Origin: Eledone cirrhosa
Lineage: Eukaryota
Assembly (NCBI GenBank): GCA_964016885.1
Contig: OZ024741.1
Location: 158,038,001-158,102,000, forward strand
DNA length: 64,000 nt
Reading direction: 5' to 3'
Under the pieces are notes generated by a model that was not told where the DNA came from, made no database searches, and worked only from the letters and a program-made list of their open reading frames with translations. Positions 40,246-54,609 of the stretch are shown piece by piece; within the stretch, counting starts at the first letter, position 1; each line of letters opens with the position of its first letter. Both the position numbers and the translations under genes were made by a program.

Positions 40246-41268
40246 TTCAATTGCATGATAGATCAGCTGAGAAAAATCGTGTTATATTGAAAAGGTTAAT
40301 TCATTGTGTTGAAATTTTGGCTTGTCAAGAATTATCATTTCGAGGACGCGATGCAAGAAAAGGATCACACAAGGGTAATTTTCTGGCTCTGTGAAGCAGT
40401 AGCAGAATACGATGATTGTTTAAGATCACATTTAGATTTCGTGAAGAAAAATGCTAACTACACATTCTCTGGACTTTCAAGTGATCATTAATTGTATAGC
40501 TGCTACAATTCAAGGTGAAATTAAGGCAATGATCGAAAAGCATCATTTGTTGCTGTTATGTTTGATGCGACTACGGATCTTCGAATGAAATCTCAATTAT
40601 CACGTGTTTTGCGATTTATTGATGAGAAGGAAAAACCTCAAGAAAGGTTCTGAGGATACATCGATTGTCAGTAAAGATAGAAGAGATGCATCACTGACAG
40701 AAGTTTGAAAATGTGTTAATGAATTCAACTGTGGTAAACAAATTCATCGCACAAACATATGATGGAGCGAGCGTGATGGTTGGACATTTGAACGGAGTGA
40801 AAGCAAGAATAAAGGAGATTTTTGGTGCGAACATCATGTTTGTACATTGTTATACGCATTCACTTAATCAGCTACTCTCTCAATCAGCTTCAAGTATTCG
40901 TGAATGTCGAATTTTCTTCCAAACTTTAAAAGGAATTTAAAATTTTTTTTGTCAAAGACAACGGCTTGCAGGCAATTTCCAGAATTACCTGAGGCATGTT
41001 GGAATAATTCATCTCGACAGGTATCTATTTTATCCGATAAAATTACTGTTTTCTTAACTATTTTCAACGATATTGGAAATTCCAGAGGATTGGAGTGCTT
41101 CCGAATTAGCACAGGCAAGGGGATTTGTTGCAATACTAGAAGATTTTCAGTTTAAATTTTTATTAGTAGTTTTTTTTTTAAATATTGAGTGACTCAGAAA
41201 TTCTGTTTTCGATTCTTCAAAAAAATCCACTTGATATTTTGAGGTGCATTCATGAGGTTGAAAACTTC

Positions 41269-41635
41269 TGTAGCGGTTGTCTCCCTTGTTTTGATTAGGA
41301 TCTAGACGGGAAGTGGAACCCTTTCTGCAACTTCCGGTCAGAGCCCTATAAAACTAACAACTTTAAGCTTCCTCTCTCTCTTTGCCTTTTCGGCACCTGG
41401 TGAAGAGCCATTCATTTGGCTCTGCCATTAATTTGGCCAACAGGCGCCTGGCCTTAGCCAGGCGCCCTCTGCCAGCCGCGTTTGCCTGGCAATCAAAACG
41501 GTAACTACTAACTTTGTTTCATTCTAACATCTATCTTTGACATGTCAAGTATACTATCTACCGTTAATTAAATATTATACACACAAATCATGTCTCGTTT
41601 TGTTACATTCACCAACAACCAGTAATCTCGCTATA
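41269..41635 (+). mobile_element. Solo LTR (Gypsy-like)
   Basis: CTTC|TGTAGCG...CGCTATA|CTTC, a 4-bp TSD. Internal TATAAAA and ATTAAA. Confidence 0.75.
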
Positions 41636-42029
41636 CTTCCAAAAACAATTGGTTGATAACAAGAGCAAGTTTGAGGAATTTACTTCTGGATGGTGTCGCT
41701 GAACCACCAGAAGGTGTTTTAAGAACTTTGTTTAACAACATTTTGGATGAAGTTATTACAATGGGAATTATTTAAAACAATGGGAAAGTTCAGATTTGTG
41801 GAATTGTTGAATCTGAAGCTTTTTCACATTTACAAAAGAAAATTTCCGATGGAAGCGTTTTCATCCTTGGGTGTCTAATAAACATATTAGATTTGGATGG
41901 CTTGAAATGCGAGCTGAAATCAGTTTATGTTGTAGATTTTGCAAACCAAGCGTCATGCATCCAGGAAGTCGCAGACATAATACAGGAACTTGAAACTAAA
42001 GCAAGCTCTGGCAGAAGTAACAACATTAT

Positions 42030-42420
42030 TACGTGGATTGGCGGTGGATTGGCAGTATCAGTAGAGGGTCGGACGCCATGCTTTCCAGCATAGTTACGCC
42101 CCTTTACGATCTGAGTTCAAATCCCGCCGAGGTTGACTTTGCCTTTCATCCTTACGGGGTCGATAAAATAAAGTACCAGTAATGCACTGGGTAATTGCTG
42201 GCCTTGTGCCTAAAGTAGAAACAATTATTACGTGGATTGGCAGTATCGGTAGAGAGTCGGACACCATGCTTTGAAGCATAGAGTTAGGTCCCTTTATGAT
42301 CTGAGTTCAAATCCCGCCGAGGTTAACTTTGCCTTTCATCCTTATGGGGTCGATAAAATAAAGTACCAGTAATGCACTGGGTAATTGCTGGCCTTGTGCC
42401 AAAAAGTAGAAACAATTATT
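42030..42420 (+). mobile_element. Tandem SINE dimer inside hAT
   Basis: Two near-identical ~195-bp units of the 27021 family. Confidence 0.8.
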
Positions 42421-42973
42421 ACGCTTGATTTTGATCATACCTGCCACACCTGCTTCATATGAGGGGTCGTTTTCTTCATTAAAGTGAATAAATAATTATA
42501 TGAGGTCTTCTCAAAGTGAAGGGAGATTGTGTAGTTTGGTCTTCAAAACGTCTTTATTCGTAGAAATGAAGAAGATAAAAGTAGCGTGGTATTGATACCT
42601 TTTATAGCAAAGTGATCGATAAATTTGCCAGAATTGAACTGATTTACAAATGAATTTTAAATATCTCATTATTTGAAGGTTTTATTATTTACTCATATTT
42701 CTCTCGTAACCAAAAAGGATCATCATGACAGGCCCATCGCCAGGCTATTACTAATGGGGAGACATCATGTCTAGTGGAGAGAGGTAACAAGCCTGAAGTG
42801 TGGTCTGTTGGTAGAAGTGCATGTTCTCACATTAAAATTAGTTCATATCACATTTACAAATGGAGGAGAGAACGACGAATAATTTTGCGAAGGAGGGGTT
42901 TAAGGCTTCACAGCCCCGCTCTCCACCATGGCGATTGGCTTGCATGCTCTTCTTTCCAAGTTACCCTTCGTCA

Positions 42974-43039
<66 letters not shown>

Positions 43040-43117
43040 GAGAGAGAGAGATTGACAAATAAAATCGGAAAGCAAGTAAATGAACTTACATAAAGATGGT
43101 GAATTCCGACTCATAAG

Positions 43118-43208
43118 TTCTATACAGCTGTTTCAGGTAGTTAAACAAATAGTGCCAAATACTACATAAATGGCATCATTAAGACAAACCAACCCAACAT
43201 CAGTAGAA
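43118..43208 (-). ncRNA. Type I hammerhead ribozyme, A9U variant
   Basis: Reverse strand reads ttcta-CTGATGT-long stem II-GAAA-CAGCTG-T-A-tagaa. Palindromic stem III ACAGCTGT, GUA triplet. Confidence 0.65.
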
Positions 43209-43689
43209 ATGTGTATACTAAACGCATTAGAAATGACTAACCATCATAGATTTAAAACAGAATGTGAACGGGATTGCTAGAAGCAGCACGATTGGTCTAA
43301 AGTTAGACAGCTCTACTAAAATTTAATGTAAGGGGCAGAAGTACATGTATAAACATCTATATATTAATATGCTAACACCTACGTACCGTACGTACGACCG
43401 TGTGTGTCACGCTTTCAGTAAAACAATGGAAGTGGGGTGGTAAACAATCTACGACAATCTACGGGCAAAGAAAATCAAAGAGCGTTGCAACGTTTGGAAA
43501 GGAGAGAGAGAAGGGGGGGGGGATATAATATAGAGAAAGGGATGGGTTATTATATATATTAGCAGAAGAAGGGCCCCTCGAGCAGTTTTCTGCTAGCATA
43601 TATAGTGTGTATATTGATATGCGCAAATATATATGCACATAGATATAATACGTAAATTGACAATATGCACATAAACTGAACAAAGACAC

Positions 43690-45815
43690 TTACTTCTGTA
43701 ATCCGTCAAGTAATCCATGATACATTTTTAAAAAAGGCGATAATGGATGGAAAAGCGATGAAACTGTTGGCGGAAAATGTTCATGAATCTTCACTTGAGA
43801 ATGTCGATGGGAAGCTTCAATGCCTGTCAAGGCATTCAAAGATATGCTTATGTCCCATACCTATCTCATCAATGATTAGCAGGTCAGCTTGCTGCATAAG
43901 TTTACCTGTATCATCCCTCTTTGTGAAGAAGCAAGTTGATTCAGCAGTCACATTGAGAGGAATCTTGCACTTGGAATGAAGAGTTCTACCTTTGTGAAGC
44001 AAAGTGGCTGCTATTCCAGATATGGCAGTGGCAAGTGCAATTTTTTTTTTTAGATTGGAGGTAATCCAATAGGATGTTTATGACATAGGCCTTTCCTGTA
44101 CCTGCACTTGGATTCAAGCAGAAAATTCTGCCTTCATTTTCCTTTACAGAGGTGATTACATTTTGAAAAATAACCAGTTGCTCAGGATTCAATGTTGGCA
44201 GAAGTTTATTTATGTTTGCTTGCAGTTGGTGTGTATTGAAAACAGTTTCTGCCATAAGAACCCTGTTGATTTCTGGTATGGCAACAATAGTTGGGTCTGG
44301 CCAAGGAAGTCCGTAGTTGGCATGAATGTCCAAGCCATCATGTTGAAGTTTTTGTTGGATCTTCTGTAGAATAATCGGCACGGTTTGCATGGACATGACT
44401 TGCTCATGACGTTCATGCATGATATCCTCTGCAAGACAATTCTTCCATTTCTCCCAGAACTGCAGAGGGTCATTTGGCATGCTGTACAATAAAATGGTGC
44501 AGAAGACCTCAAGCGCAATGGATGAGGCCTCTTCCATAGCTTTGTCTTTTTCTCCATCTTCATCTAACAGACCAAGTTTCCTGGATGCTTCTTGGAATGT
44601 TGGAAATTCAACTCCTTCAATTTTCCTCAAATCTTTGTATGAAGTTGACCTAGCCTTGTGATGTAGGATCATCTTGAGGTAATATAATTCAGATTGATGT
44701 CTACTGAGAGATACTGTTGGAATACGTCCAAGAGATTCACTCATAAATTGTTGATCACCATCCAGATGTCCCTTTTTTCTTCTTTGCCACTATTTGTTTG
44801 TCCAAGTGAAATGGCAAGGCAACTTTTCAACTGGCGGTTTTCGATGATGTAATGGAAATTTATAGATTCTCCAGAATGCTTCACTGGCTGAGATGTACCG
44901 TGCATTGATATAGGTCTCAATCTCATTTTGGGCATGGATACAATTTCCTTGATCATCCTTAATAGTGAAAGTGATCTTGTCTGATCCTTTAGTGATGTAC
45001 TTATATAAGTACTTAACAGCCTTGACACTGTGGACAACCTCACAATTGATGTGGCACTGATATCTCAATGAGAGGAAAGGGTTGTATGGAACAATCCAAC
45101 GATTATCAACAGTAAATTCTTGACCTTTAAGTTGGATTGTATGGGTGTGACTACCATGCTGTCTATCCCTTCTTCTATACTCCGGAAAGGAATTTTCTGC
45201 AACAAATGTGGATTGTCTGAATGACTTGGGATAACTTTTTGAGCAATGGCGTTGTTGTCCTAGCCCTTCCATACATGAGCACATCATATTAGCTTGTCCA
45301 CATGGGCCATGAATGTTGCAGGATGTGATGATCTTATGCAGAAATGGATTGGTTTCTTTATTAGGAATCTCACAGTACACTACCTGATCAATGGCGTCAG
45401 CAGTTTTGGGCTTGCTATCTTCAGCCATTATCAGCAGAATATGAGCATGAGTGAGGCCTCGTTTTCTGCTACTCTATTGTAGCACAATGAGCCACAACTT
45501 TTCCTAGGACATTTTTTTTCAGTATGTCATCCATGAAGTTGTCATACTTGATCTTGAAGACTCTTGCATAAATATCAGGACGGTCTCTAGGTTCTTCACC
45601 AGGGTGCAAACTATTTTTTATTTCATCCCAGTTAGGGTTAGTTGTTACCGTGATGAAATAAGATGGCTTTCCCATGTGTCGAACCACAGTCATCGAATTC
45701 TGAAAGCACTCACTGTAGAAGCGAGTGGAACCATAGATTGAAGGAGGAAGAACAATTCTCCGGCCTGCACTTGTTTCAGACGCTAGACTGTGCCCATGCT
45801 GGAGTACCACGATTA
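43690..45815 (-). mobile_element. Helitron Rep/helicase pseudogene
   Basis: Rep motifs GKPSYFITVTTNPNW, QKRGLTHAH and VPYNP..HINCE..KYLYKYITKG. PIF1-like motifs AGTGKA and LIIDE. Frameshifts. Confidence 0.9.
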
Positions 45816-46368
45816 AAGGATTTTCTTGACCTCAATTCCAGTACATATATTTTAAAATCTAGTATTTATTTTATTGAACTCTTCTATTCTCTTTGAAACG
45901 TGTGTGTGTGTGTGTCTGTGTTCATATGTATGATGGTACCCTATTGCTTGCGACGAGGATTCTTCCAGCTAGGTTTCTCAAATGGAACTGCCTGAAATTA
46001 AGGTGAGAGTGTCTGAGCATTCCATAGACACGTATAACGGGGGGTTTCAGGGTGGGACTACATTGGTTCTTCGACTTACTGGCAGAGTAGACTTTATTTT
46101 ACTTCAGTGGAGAGAAGAAAGGCGAAATAAAGTGTCTTGCTCAAGAACACAACGCACTGATGGGATTTGAACTCTCGACATTACAATCACGAGACACACA
46201 CGGACATAAACACACACACATACACAGATACAGTAACACACATATGCACACACACACATAAGCAAACAGATACACGCACACATACACACATACACACATA
46301 CACATATATATACACATAAACACTTATGCACACACACATATACATACACATAAACACACCACACATAC

Positions 46369-46405
<37 letters not shown>

Positions 46406-46837
46406 CGTGTGTGAGGTAGTCTATGTACTTATGCAATGGTAAAAAGAATATACTCCTGTGGATTGAATCATTGGGACTGTAGTAAATTATCCTTTCCTTA
46501 TTTCCACATCTTCCCATACATACACACAGCCACATATACAGATAACCACACTATCGTCTATCTTTCTATCTACCAACCTATATATCTATGTATCGATCTA
46601 TCTACCTGCCAACCTACCTGTCTATCTACCTCTCTCTCACACACACACACACACAAGTATATCTATTCTAGAGAGTGTGTCTGTTAGATGTATAATTGCA
46701 TTTCAAGAATTACTAAACATTTGCAAGTTACTTCATCCGGGGAGGATTAATAATAGCTTCACTAACCCCGGAAGATGATTTGTGTGCGGTATGTATGTGT
46801 GTCTATATATATCTCTCTCTATATATATCTATATATA

Positions 46838-47875
46838 TTCGCACATGCGCAGTACGGACCGGCCGTCGTGCATGCGCAGAACAGACCAGCATTCGCGAAT
46901 GAGCACTTCAGACCAGCCTTCGTGCATGCGCAGTACGGACCAGCCTTCGCGCATGCACAAATCGGACCAGTATTTTCGTGCATGCGCATTTCAGACTAGC
47001 CTTCTCACATGCGCAGTACGGACCAGCCTTCGCGCATGCGCTGTTCGGACCAGCATTTGCGCATGTGCACTTCGGACCAGCCTTCGTGCATGCGCACTTC
47101 GGACCACCCTTCATGCATGCGCAGTACAGACCAGCCTTCGCGCATTTGCAGTATGGACCAGCCTTGGCACATGCGCACTTCGAACCAGCCTTCGCGCATG
47201 TGCAGTACGGACCAGCCTTCGCGCATGCCCACTACGGGCCAGCCTTTGCGCATGCGCATTACGGGCCAGCCTTCGCGCATGCGCATTATGGACCAGCCTT
47301 CGCGCATACGCACTTCTGACCAGCCTTCGCGCATGCACACTTCGCACCAGCCTTCACGCATGCGCACTTCGGACCAACCTTCGCGCATACGCAGTACGGA
47401 CCAGACTTCGCTTATTCATACTTCGGACCAGCCTTAGCGCATGCGCCCTTCGGACCAGCTTTCGCGCATGCGCACTACGAACCAGCCTTCTCACATGCGC
47501 ACCTCGGACCAACCTTCGCGCATGCGCACTTTGGACCATCCTTCACGCATGCACACTTTGGACCAGCCTTCGCGCATGCGCAGTACGAACCAGCCTTCGC
47601 GCATGCGTACTTCGGCCCAGTCTTCGCTATTGCACACTTCGGACCAGTTTTCGCGCATGCACACTACGGACCAGCCTTCGCACATGTGCACTTCCGACAT
47701 ACCTTCGCGCATGTGCACTATGGACCAGCCTTCACGCATGCGGAGTACGGACAAGCTTTCGAGCATGCGCAGTACGGACCAGCTCTCGCGCATGCGCTGT
47801 TCGGACCAGCCTTCGCGCATGCGCATTTTGGCCCAGCCTTCGCGCAAGCGCATTTCAGTCCAGTCTTCGCGCGCG
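46838..47875. repeat. 27-bp CpG-rich minisatellite (~38 units) containing GCGCATGCGC
   Basis: Unit ccagccttcgcgcatgcgcagtacgga. Its 9-aa repeat translation AHAQYGPAF confirms period 27. Confidence 0.9.
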
Positions 47876-47983
47876 CACATACACACACGCACGCACACAC
47901 ACACATATACACATACACATACGCGTCAGCGTGTTAAAAAAATCCGAGTGTTTATAAAAGAGAGAAAATGTGTGAGTTGTGTG

Positions 47984-48080
<97 letters not shown>

Positions 48081-48509
48081 GTGTGTGTCGCGTGTGTGTG
48101 TGTGTGTGTAGCGTGTGTGTGTGTGTGCGTGTCCACATACTACAAGGTTTCATGCAATTAATATTTAGCTCCTTGTTCAGCGGTGTTAAATGAATGATTA
48201 CAAATTTATCCCAGGATCAGACATTAATCTTTATAGCATAAAACCCACAAAGTCACTGGTCACTAATTGCCGCCGTCAGTTGAAATTAAAGATCTTGTCT
48301 CGTGAGTATATGCCAAATGGACTGGATATAATATTATATTAAGTTGTGCGGTAAGTAGCCGAAGTATATGATAAAGTTACGTATGTATGTATATATAATA
48401 AATAACAAAGAACGCTTATAGCATATGCATATCTTTACTTGCTAACATTGTTTCATCCGCACTATAAGTGGGACTCATGTATGTATATATGTATGTATGT
48501 ATGTTTTTT

Positions 48510-49040
48510 GTCCTGCAGGGTGTCCAAAATCACCCTCCTCAGCAAGTAAACTTGGTGGGGTTGCCGGTTTAGTCGCCGACGAACCGACCATGCGACAGGT
48601 TGCACTGGGTTACATGTTACCAGTAGTACTTAAGAGCGACCTGACCTGAGGCCACAGTATAAACCTCAATAAGAACTGGAGCTGGATCTGTGGGGTGTGT
48701 GGTCGTCTACTGTTCTCTAAATCTGGGTACGTCACTAATTTAAAATCACATAGAAAGCCAACTGAATGCAGCTCTATCCCTCTAATGCTAGGTGAGACAA
48801 CATGTGTGGCGTGCAAAAAGATTTGTAAATCAATCTCAGGTCTTAAAGGCATAGACAAGGATGGCATCCCACAAACTGACCCAATCAATCCAATAGAGGG
48901 CACATATTTCGTCTGTCACATTTGCCGCATACCGTGCAAATCTAATGCTGGACTTAAAAGTCACCTAAGAGGCCATGAACGGACGTTTGGAGTTGGTGAC
49001 GGTTGATAGGGGTGCATAGGGAGACGGCAATCATCTTCAA
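48510..49040 (+). mobile_element. RTE-type fragment with C-terminal C2H2 zinc fingers
   Basis: CGR..SK.G...H and CHIC..CKSNAGLKSHLRGH in ORF 48695-49006. 48510-48620 is the reverse complement of the 5' UTR-like segment at 49660-49750. Confidence 0.55.
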
Positions 49041-49093
49041 AGATGAAGGAATCACAAATATGTATAAATGTATGTGTGTATGTATGTATGTAT

Positions 49094-49288
49094 CAGACCT
49101 GTCAACTCTCTCCGTCCGACGAGGAGATCTCCCACCCACTTTGGGGTGGGTGAGAGATGTCTTCTCTTGTGAAAATGGGTACAGCTTTCATTATGTAAAA
49201 TCTCCCCATTTTGCCTAATTTCTCCCCATTTTGGGGCACTGTTTTTCATGGTACTCGCCGTTTGGGTTTTTAGAGGTTGGCAGGTCTG
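49094..49288. mobile_element. hAT-like MITE
   Basis: 13-bp TIRs CAGACCTGTCAAC / GTTGGCAGGTCTG within (TATG)n. Confidence 0.65.
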
Positions 49289-49659
49289 ATGTACGTATGT
49301 ATATATGTATGCATGTATGTATGTAAACGCTTCAAGGATCGACTAAAGCGCCAGCTGGTCCAAGGCAATATTGATCACAGGGAATGGGGACACTTGGCAA
49401 ATGACTTGCAGTCATCTTTGAGGAGGGCAGGAAGGCGGCAGCAGAAGAAGAACTTTAAAGAAGAAAGCTGTACGCCACCCAACCACCAGCTGACCAAGTA
49501 CACACTTGCCCCAACTATACCAGAGCCTGAGGGTTCAGGATTGGCCTCTACAGCTACCTTAGGTCATGCCGCCGAACAGAACAGGACAACAATTCTTCCC
49601 ACTGATGTTCGCAAGCGAAAAATTCGCCATTCATGTATGTATGTATGTATGTTGCTACT

Positions 49660-51390
49660 AATAACATGTAACACAGTACTACCAGTTGCATGGCCGGGTT
49701 GTTGGTGACTAAACAGGCAACCCCATCAAGCTAGCTTGGTGAGGCGAGTGAATGTTTGAACATCCTTCGGAAGGAAAAGCAAAGCCCGTCAAAGAGTGGA
49801 GGAACTCATAAAAGTCAAACTATGGTAGAAAACCGGAAGAAGAATTAATTGCTGGTCGTCCCAATCTATGTTGGGACATCGACTTTTCCTACTAGTTTTG
49901 TCTGAGAAGTTGACAGGATTCTGTGCAAGCCACGTCCATTACAATCAAATTCACGCACAGAAACTTTTTAGACCCTAAACGGATAACAGACATTGTCTCA
50001 TTCAAAAAACCTGCGGTGATAGGGAAAGCTGTAATGTGTACTGACCTAACAAACTGAAAGTATACGAAGTAGTAAACCCACACGTATTCGACTTGGGATA
50101 TATGTTGTTTCTCCAAATATATGCAATGGTATAACTCGGCCGCATCCCAAGTGACTGAGCAGCCTTTTCCGGGGATAACACTGCTCACCTGCTAACCAGG
50201 AGGAACCTAGAAAAGGTGGTCTAAACAAAGCTTGCCTATATCTAAGCTGACCAATAACTCGTGGCTGGTGGCAGTTGACTTATGTGGGAAAAATACTTGC
50301 AATGAAAATAAAATGACTAATAAGAAACAATGAACAGAAGGAGGGAGAGAGAGGTAAAGAAAAAATCTAAGATAAAGACAAACGGCTTCTCAGTAAGAGG
50401 TGAAATATATAATTAAGTAGGGGAAAAGGAAAAACAAAAGAAAATAAATGATATTGAAAAATTTGGTGGAATTCCAAGACGAAATTCTGTTAATTTGTGA
50501 TGAGTTAATATCTGTATACAACATCTACAACGGTACGCGATGGGCCCACCCACAGCCCCGGTGGACAGAATGGAGAAGGCGTTTCCCCGAAGGACGGCAA
50601 GGGAGACGCGCTGGAAAAGCCACTCCAACTCGCGGGGCTCACACCTGCGGCTGGCCAGCTCAGCGCCTATGGTGGTGAGTAAGGAGGTAGCCCTGGGGCC
50701 GAGGACACCAGAAGTCTCCTATGCCAGGGGTACGACCGCAAACCTGTCGGAGAGCGACCGGTATTTGAGGAGTTTGGCCTCCTCAGCTCGACGTGCAGTA
50801 GAACCTGGGTCAGTCGCAGACTGCACCAGATTGCGGCTGCAGAAAGTGTCGGTGCAAGTGGCATCCCAGACGAGGGGTTTGCCACCGCGGAACGGGAAGA
50901 TGGTCATGCCATCTGGCCTTTTGCCGTCCCCTCGATCCAGCCCCACCGGCTCGAGCTGGGAAGGAAAGCCTGCAGCGTCCAAGCTATGCTTAATGACCTC
51001 GTTGAGGGCAGCATGACGTGGAATGCAGTCGGCACTGTGGTGACAAGAAAGCGGTGGAGGCCGAAAGAGTCCACGGTAGAACCGCAGCGACATTGGTGTG
51101 GCAGGCAAATCCGGAGGCCGAGCCTCAGGGAAACGCCGATTCGCAGGCTATGGTTGTCTAGCTGCGTGCCAGTGGAGAAGGAGGGCAGGGCATGGAGCCA
51201 CGCACCACTGTGGGGTTTGGAGGCCGCACGAAAACAAGCAAGGCGGTGCTGGTCGAATACATTTTCAATGACATCTTCGAATATTGCGTCCTGGAACGTA
51301 CGCACGCTATTGTATTTACCAGGCTCAAATCATTATGAACAGCAAACTGCTTTTATCTCAAAAGAGTTCCATAGGTATTAATTGGATGTT

Positions 51391-51476
<86 letters not shown>

Positions 51477-52800
51477 CTCTCTCTCTCTCTCTCTGAAACA
51501 CGGCTACCTGAGGATGGCCAGCTAGAGGTACCAGATACAGAATACCTTATTCAATAAAGGTCGGCCAGAAAATGAACGTCGTGAAGTTTTGCTCTAAGAA
51601 CCTCCTCGTTGCAACATCTGACGGAGCTTCCACATGGTATCTCAGATCAGATTATGACACTTAGGTTGCTGCTTCACTTTAACCGTTTTATGACTTTGGT
51701 CAGTTTGTACCCCAGCTCTTGTAAGTCCACGAGAAGAAATAATTGAATTTTACGTGGATCAGCGAATAATCTTGAAAAATGTAAATAGAGATGACAAAAC
51801 TTGTAGTGTTGGGTGATTTGAATTGTCGTGTTGGATGCGACTCTACTACATGGAGCAGCATAGGTCGTCATAGAATTGGAAAGTATAATAGCAATGGAGA
51901 TCTGTTGCAGGTGTGACAGGATTTCAATCTTGTCATAGAAAACACATGGTTCAGACAGAAGAACAAATACAATACGTCATTGGCGTATTATTGACTCTGT
52001 GGTTGTAAGACGTAACGATTTGCAGAGTCAGATCTCTCCGTCGTATGAGAGGGGCAGAGTGTTGGGCAGACCAATGTCTCATAAGAACAACTCCCGTGTT
52101 CGTGTTCGGAAGAAGATGAGACATGTACGTGCCAGGGCACAGAGACGTATAAATGTCACACAATTCGCCTATCCAGAAAAAGGAAAGAAATTTCAAGAAG
52201 TAGTTCAGCAAATTTGAAGTCACCAATAGTAATGATGTACGTCTGTCTTTCAGCAAACAGCTTTATGGGGCAGTGGCTATGACTTTGAGTTATGCAGAGA
52301 CCAAATATTAGGCTTGATTTACTGCAAATGAGCCACTAGTGGAAAGCCTTCTAAGAGAAAGGAAAACCTATCTGGACAAGCTTTTGTCATGCTCCAACTG
52401 GAAAAGAATATAAGGTGCGAGTGCAGCACAAACTCTGAGTAGCAAAAGATTCATGTTGCCGAGATAAAGCGCATCACATACAAGTCTCAACAAAAAGACA
52501 AAATGCTAAATCATTATATCACGTACTGCGCACAGTATATGGCCCACCTGCCAGTCTTTGCTCCACTGTGGTCAAATAAGGGAAACGAAGTGTTACGTAA
52601 GCCTGATGAAATCAAGGCAAGATGGCGTGAACACTTTAATGACCGCCTAACGCTTGCATCTCTCGTTAATCCCGGCATGATTGAGGCCATGGAACAGGCT
52701 CCCGTCATTAAAAAGCTTCATGATCCTCTCACATTGGAAGAGGTTAAAACTGCAGTGAAACAAATGAACACTGGCAACGTACTTGGGAAGGATGGTATAC
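49660..52800 (+). mobile_element. Highly decayed RTE LINE 5' half, interrupted
   Basis: IASWNVRTL at ~51283, LSETRL at ~51490, IKARWREHF and AVKQMNTG in ORF 52503-52826. Confidence 0.65.
50410..51265 (-). mobile_element. CRE-like (restriction-like endonuclease) non-LTR retrotransposon 3' fragment
   Basis: [35 protein letters not shown] and LFQRVSLAVLRGNA motifs. Confidence 0.8.
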
Positions 52801-54575
52801 ATACATGCATATATGCATGTATGTAGATTTACGTAGTTTCGGTTATATACAAATGTAACTTTATGATATAATGGTGTCTGATACAGTTACTCCCCCTTAA
52901 CCAAAGCTTTCGGATTATTTCAAGTGGTTCCTTTCTCTTTACGATTCTTCTTGGCATTAATTTTGGTCAGAGGCTGATTGGCCATACGGGCTTTTGAGGA
53001 AATAGCCGCTGGACTACATTAAAAAAAAAAAGAAAAGAAAGGAAACAGCTGGAAAATGTCTCAATAAACAATGGTGACAGATACACAGGCTCGTTTTAAG
53101 ACGTAGTTCGCTTATGGTCGTCGTAATAGTGGTGATAACCTTTATGATGTTGCTAATACTTGTGGTGATGATGGTAATTGTGGTAGTGGTAATGGAAATG
53201 TTAATGGTAGTGGTGGTGGTCTTTACGATGGTGGTACAGTTGGTAGTGGTGGTGTTTGTAGTGGTAATGTTAGTAGTGGTGGTGTTGGTAGTGGTAATGT
53301 TAGTAGTGGTTTTTATGATGATGGTGGCAGTAAGTAGCTTTTATGATGGTGGTGATGATGATAATTATAGAGCTAGTTGTAGTCTTTATGATGGTGGTGA
53401 TGGTGGTAATGGCTGTGTTAATGGTAGTAGTGGGGGTCTTAATCATGTTGGTAATGGTAGTGTTAGTGGTAGTTCTTATAATAATGGTGGATGTGATATG
53501 GAGATAAACAACGATAACAAACCCACAGACAAAAAAAAAAGGGAAAAGGTTAGGCTTCTGTGCACCTTAACCTATATGAAGGGCAAAGTTGACCTACGCA
53601 GGATTTGAACTCAGAGCACAGAGAGCTGGGACAAATATGGAAGGCCTTTCACACAAATGGCTTGACCAATTAATTCATCACATAGGTACACATTATATGT
53701 AAAATAAAAACGGAAATTAATGCAGATTTTTAAACATTAACTTTAAATCTACATATTTTAATAAACAATTAAAATCTACATATTTTAATAAACAATTGAA
53801 ATCTACACATTTTAATAAATCATTTTGACCAACAAGCTACAAAATTATTTATTCTAGTAACATAGAATTCTGGAATTTTGGAGGCAATGAATTCTTTATG
53901 TGATTGTTTCACCAGGATTCAGAAAGTTGTGCTGATATCGACTCCCATAAGCTGATGGGACTAACTAGAAGCTTGATTTAACCATTTAATTTAGAAAATA
54001 ATCAAGAGTTGATAATGATTTAGTAACATAACTAACTTTCTTATTATTAAGTCAATCAAGGGCAGTAGATTGGCAGTATTTATTTCAGCTCTTTTTAAGT
54101 TCTGAGTGCAAATGCTGTTGAGGTCAATTTTGCCTTTCAATCTTCTGAGGTCAAGAAAATAAAGTACAAGTCAAATACTGGGGTCGATATAATCTACTTC
54201 TCCCTTCGCCAAAACTTCTGACCTTGAATTATTAAGCTGGTGTTTGGAACACAACTTAACAAAGGTTCTTACATAAAATTATGATGGAAGATTTTTAGAT
54301 AAACACTTTAAAATAAGGTTTTGTATCATAGAACCAGGGGTGATTTGGTATCAAAACGGTTAACTTTTGGCGCTAAACTAATCATTTGTATAAGAAATGA
54401 AAATACAGAGGTTTCTGATTTATATATAACTAGGTTCCCCCTCCCCACTGGCTCCTCACCCCCTCCACAGATCTTTACCTTATTACCTTTAATACTTGCA
54501 ATAAACTATAAGCCTGACGTAAATTATCTCCCTTCTCATTTCAACTTAAAAAAGGGGTTGTTCCCCTTTTCCTTC

Positions 54576-54609
<34 letters not shown>

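Larger units (their letters stand above)
40245..42620 (+). mobile_element. Decayed hAT transposase with nested LTR and SINEs
   Basis: LSFRG, QTYDGASVM and FVHCYTHSLN motifs, plus a hATC-like IPAT.AS.E.SFS.LK..MRSSQ segment at ~42425-42530. Confidence 0.8.

Noticed and set aside
46782-48193. 391-aa and 250-aa repetitive ORFs
   Set aside because: A consequence of a stop-poor 27-bp unit open in several frames on both strands. Variation follows CpG decay, not codon structure.
48695-49006. Host C2H2 zinc-finger gene
   Set aside because: No splice context, and it is flanked by RTE-type UTR sequence and (TATG)n. It matches the zinc-finger tail of RTE ORFs.
53114-53608. 164-aa Val/Gly-rich ORF
   Set aside because: A degenerate (GGT/GAT)n trinucleotide tract that runs into a SINE.
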